64,000 nt of DNA from positions 591,199 to 655,198 of the forward strand of contig CAVOSV010000003.1 in assembly GCA_963698975.1 (NCBI GenBank), given 5' to 3'. Of this stretch, positions 61,464 to 64,000 are shown piece by piece. The position numbers were made by a program, and so were the translations under genes. Source of the DNA: an uncultured Gemmatimonadales bacterium (lineage in GTDB: Bacteria; Gemmatimonadota; Gemmatimonadetes; Gemmatimonadales; GWC2-71-9). Below the pieces are notes generated by a model. That model was not told the origin of the DNA. It did not search any database and saw only the letters and a list, made by a program, of their open reading frames with translations. Within the stretch, counting starts at the first letter, position 1. The number at the start of each line of letters is the position of its first letter.

Positions 61464-62485
61464 CGCCGCCTGACGCCCAGACCCGGTCCGGTGGGAAGCG
61501 TCACTTGTCCCCCGTCTATCCCTGCGCCGGTGAAAGGATCTTCGGCAAGGAGTGCGGCGCCATCCAGATCGACGATATCGACCAGGGGAGTGAAATGCGC
61601 GGCGGCGGTGATGCCCAATGAACTCTCGATCATGCAACCGACCATGACCATGAGGCCATGAGCGCGCGCCACGGTGATCATCCGAAGCGCCTCCCGGAGC
61701 CCGCCACACTTGGCGAGCTTGATGTTGATCCCATCGACCTTTCCCACCAGCGGGGGAATATCGACTGTGGTCAGGCAGCTCTCGTCGGCGATCACGGGGA
61801 TCTCGGCCTGTGCCGTGATGGCGGCGAGACCGTCGTGCTCGTGGGGCGGGAGCGGCTGTTCCAAAACGGTGACACCGTGTTCCTCGAGCACCGGAAGCAT
61901 GCGAATCGCTTGCTTCACAGTCCAACCGCAGTTGGCGTCTACCCGGAGCTCCTTGTCGGTAGCACTACGGATGGCTTGCAGGATCTCCAGATCACGGTCG
62001 GTCCCCAGCTTCACCTTGAGAATGGGGAACTGCTCCGCTTCCCGCACCTTGGCCTTGATGCGTTCGGGCGTATCCAGGCCAATGGTGAAAGTCGACTTGG
62101 GGGCCTGGCAGGGATCCAGCCCCCACAACCGGTAGAGCGGAATCTGCAGCCGCTTTCCCACCAGATCGTGCAGCGCAGCCGAGAGTGCCGCGCGGGCGGC
62201 CGCATTGCCCCGCATCTTTTCTTCCCACCGACGCTCCGCGTCCTCCAGCGCAAACGGATCCTCCGGAAGCACTCCTCCGTAAACCCGTAGCGCGGCCGCC
62301 ACGGACTCGGCGGTCTCGCCGTAGAACCTGCTGGGCGCCGCCTCCCCCCAGCCTTCCACTCCGTCCCCATCGGTGAGACGAACCCATACGGTCCGATAGT
62401 CGCTCTGGCCCCCGCGAGCGATGATGAACGGGTGCCTGGTGCGAAGGTTCAATACCTCGACATCCATGCGGAGTGGCTTGGGCAC
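61460..62485 (-). CDS. Dipeptide (L-Ala-D/L-Glu-type) epimerase, enolase superfamily
   Basis: KVKLG, DANCGW, LEQP, IADES and NIKLAKCGG catalytic-residue context of the MR/MLE dipeptide epimerases. Confidence 0.75.
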   Translation of the reverse strand: MPKPLRMDVEVLNLRTRHPFIIARGGQSDYRTVWVRLTDGDGVEGWGEAAPSRFYGETAESVAAALRVYGGVLPEDPFALEDAERRWEEKMRGNAAARAALSAALHDLVGKRLQIPLYRLWGLDPCQAPKSTFTIGLDTPERIKAKVREAEQFPILKVKLGTDRDLEILQAIRSATDKELRVDANCGWTVKQAIRMLPVLEEHGVTVLEQPLPPHEHDGLAAITAQAEIPVIADESCLTTVDIPPLVGKVDGINIKLAKCGGLREALRMITVARAHGLMVMVGCMIESSLGITAAAHFTPLVDIVDLDGAALLAEDPFTGAGIDGGQVTLPTGPGLGVRRR

Positions 62486-62564
62486 GAGCGATCCCTCGAC
62501 GGCAGCTGGACGGAAGTGAGTTCGGTGGATTATAGGGCTCGGCCGGAAGTGGCAACAGGCCGGA

Positions 62565-63470
62565 TCATTGAAGAGCGCGTAGATGCGCTACTGCGCCCTC
62601 TGCTATGCGATGGGGAACATAGCCGCCTTCCAGCAGGCCCACGATAGGCACCGCGGGCAGCCGAGTTCTGAGCCGGTGGGTAAGATCAGTGTAGTGTTCC
62701 GGCTCGAGAGTGAACCCACCGAGCGGATCACCCGCCATGGCGTCGAATCCAGCCGATACCAGTACTAGCTGCGGACTCCACTGAGCGGTTGCAGCTTCGA
62801 TTGCCGACCAGAGATCGCTCACATACAAGTTCGGCGGTTTGCCCGGCCCTCTGGGCACGTTGAAGATGTTCCCTACTCCCCGCTCGCTGGCGGCTCCGGT
62901 TCCCGGGTACCACGGGTGCTGATGCAACGAGACGTAGCGCATCGACGCGTCGGATTCGACCAGCGCCTGAGTTCCATTTCCGTGGTGCACGTCCCAATCG
63001 ATGATCAAAACTCGCTCGGCCCCGGCCCGCTGGGCATGGCGGGCGCCAATTACAACGTGGTTCACCAGACAAAAACCCATTCCGCGCCCGGCGAGCGCGT
63101 GATGTCCGGGCGGGCGAATCGCGGCGAATGCATGGTGGGTACGACTGATTGCCGAATCGACCGCGGCCAGCACTGAGCCTGAGGCGCCCAGCGCGGCGGC
63201 CCAGCTGTCCCGATTCAGAATGGTGTCCAGGAAAAGCGCACCCCCGCCCCGCGCACTCATCGCCTCCAGTGAGCTGAGGTATTGGTCGGGATGCACGGCA
63301 AGGAGCTCACGGCGATCCGCGGGCAAGGCTTCGCGCAGCTCGAGACCCCGCTCCTGCCGGAGCCGAGCCAAGAGGACACTCAGGCGAGCCGGCGTCTCTG
63401 GGTGATCAGGACCGGGATCGTGCTGAAGGCATGCGGGGTGGGTGAAAACCGGAATGCTCGAACTGCTCAC
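62565..63470 (-). CDS. Histone-deacetylase-family (acetoin utilisation/acetylpolyamine amidohydrolase-like) protein
   Basis: RPPGHHA, DWDVHHGNGTQ and SAGFDAMAGDPLG motifs. Confidence 0.85.
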   Translation of the reverse strand: MSSSSIPVFTHPACLQHDPGPDHPETPARLSVLLARLRQERGLELREALPADRRELLAVHPDQYLSSLEAMSARGGGALFLDTILNRDSWAAALGASGSVLAAVDSAISRTHHAFAAIRPPGHHALAGRGMGFCLVNHVVIGARHAQRAGAERVLIIDWDVHHGNGTQALVESDASMRYVSLHQHPWYPGTGAASERGVGNIFNVPRGPGKPPNLYVSDLWSAIEAATAQWSPQLVLVSAGFDAMAGDPLGGFTLEPEHYTDLTHRLRTRLPAVPIVGLLEGGYVPHRIAEGAVAHLRALQ

Positions 63471-63473
63471 CGC

Positions 63474-63731
63474 TCACTTCTCACGCAGAAAGCTTTGCAG
63501 TTCTCTGGCTTCATCAGCGAGACCCTGGCGCAGGGCTGCGATGTCCTGCAGCCGCCGCCGATACCAGCGCCAGGAGAGAACAACCAGGCCGGTGGAGACA
63601 AAACAGATAACCCCGAGCAGAACCAGTATTGGCCGGCTGCTCCACCATCCGAAGACTGCCAGCGCGGTGCCATCGAAGGCTAGAACGACAGCCGCTATGA
63701 CGGTCAGCAGCCGCGACATCCCGGGCTTCAC
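63474..63731 (-). CDS. Small two-TM membrane protein with a C-terminal amphipathic helix (hypothetical)
   Basis: 85 aa, two hydrophobic helices, spaced 3 nt from both neighbouring genes. GC3-biased. Confidence 0.5.
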   Translation of the reverse strand: MKPGMSRLLTVIAAVVLAFDGTALAVFGWWSSRPILVLLGVICFVSTGLVVLSWRWYRRRLQDIAALRQGLADEARELQSFLREK

Positions 63732-63734
63732 CGG

Positions 63735-63995
63735 CTAGCGCACCGGGCGCCGGCGTCGGGCTAGAACAATCAGGGCGCCGTTGGGTACCAGTCCCCAGTC
63801 AGCTGCAGAGCGGGATTCGTCGGACAGCTCTGCGCCACGAAACTTGACCACGTAGTTGGCGGGATCCCGGGTTACGCGGCTGGCAGCCAGCGCCTGGCGC
63901 TTGATCTCGCCTACTGGGGTGCTGGCTGGTAGCTCCAGCATCACTTCGTTCCATACCTCTTCAACCATGACCCGGAGGGGGAGAACTGCCGTCAT
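63735..63995 (-). CDS. Small protein with a ubiquitin-like (beta-grasp) sequence pattern (hypothetical)
   Basis: 86 aa. LRVMVEE..EVMLELPASTPVGEIKRQA.......VVKFRGAELSDESRSAADWGLVPNGALIVL follows the ubiquitin-fold pattern. It ends RRRRPVR, with no GG tail. Confidence 0.45.
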   Translation of the reverse strand: MTAVLPLRVMVEEVWNEVMLELPASTPVGEIKRQALAASRVTRDPANYVVKFRGAELSDESRSAADWGLVPNGALIVLARRRRPVR

Positions 63996-64000
63996 GCTAC

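Noticed and set aside
61464-61925. N-terminal extension of the priA ORF (959 aa reading).
   Set aside because: The extension is Arg-rich noise overlapping the epimerase gene. The ATG at 61463 gives the canonical PriA N-terminus and an ATGA coupling.
1-64000. tRNA, rRNA, CRISPR arrays, IS elements, integrases, prophage, toxin-antitoxin or known defence systems.
   Set aside because: I scanned by eye for T-loop GGTTCGA(A/T)TCC-type boxes, regularly spaced direct repeats, terminal inverted repeats flanking ORFs, and transposase/integrase/RT-like translations in the ORF track. None were found. The tandem repeats present are contiguous microsatellite-like units without spacers.

Overview
A 64-kb, visibly GC-rich chromosomal segment (third codon positions mostly G/C). 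The host is a diderm bacterium, judged from the TonB-dependent receptor, the HlyD/MacB-type efflux genes and the lipoproteins. Gene content is reminiscent of Gemmatimonadota or Acidobacteriota, but that is inference only. I support about 60 protein genes, almost all housekeeping. They include MacAB-like efflux; bshB1, a cysteine desulfurase and mnmA; grpE-dnaJ; an ffs-dnaX-ybaB-recR block continuing into mglB-mglA-pgsA-cinA; a glycolytic block (fba, pgi, pyk); an envelope thiol-redox block coupled to ispG; fabH; class II RNR nrdJ; a peptidoglycan-recycling island (amidase, ampG, nagZ, anmK, murQ) flanked by a Ser/Thr kinase and a PP2C phosphatase; ggt; an ABC exporter; a Fur-family operon divergent from a TonB-dependent receptor; and priA. 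I saw no rRNA, tRNA, CRISPR array, transposase, integrase or recognisable defence or biosynthetic cluster. I did not find a convincing self-contained novel system. The ORF track leaves six things unexplained. (1) A small SRP RNA lies hidden under the over-extended dnaX ORF. (2) dnaX is split between two frames exactly inside an 8-bp tandem repeat. (3) Three genes have conserved N-termini, including an essential CcdA cysteine, upstream of any ATG/GTG/TTG; each can only start at a CTG embedded in a CTGA overlap with the upstream stop. (4) A recurrent family of locus-specific simple-repeat hairpins sits at 3' gene junctions, together with a dispersed GCGGGGCAGCG motif. (5) A roughly 500-bp AT-richer non-coding gap contains a perfect 16-bp palindrome. 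(6) There are some unusual gene contexts: GWxTD with an amidase, mglBA inside the dnaX-recR operon, and a ubiquitin-like small ORF at the window edge. All family assignments come from motif recognition by eye; no searches were run.
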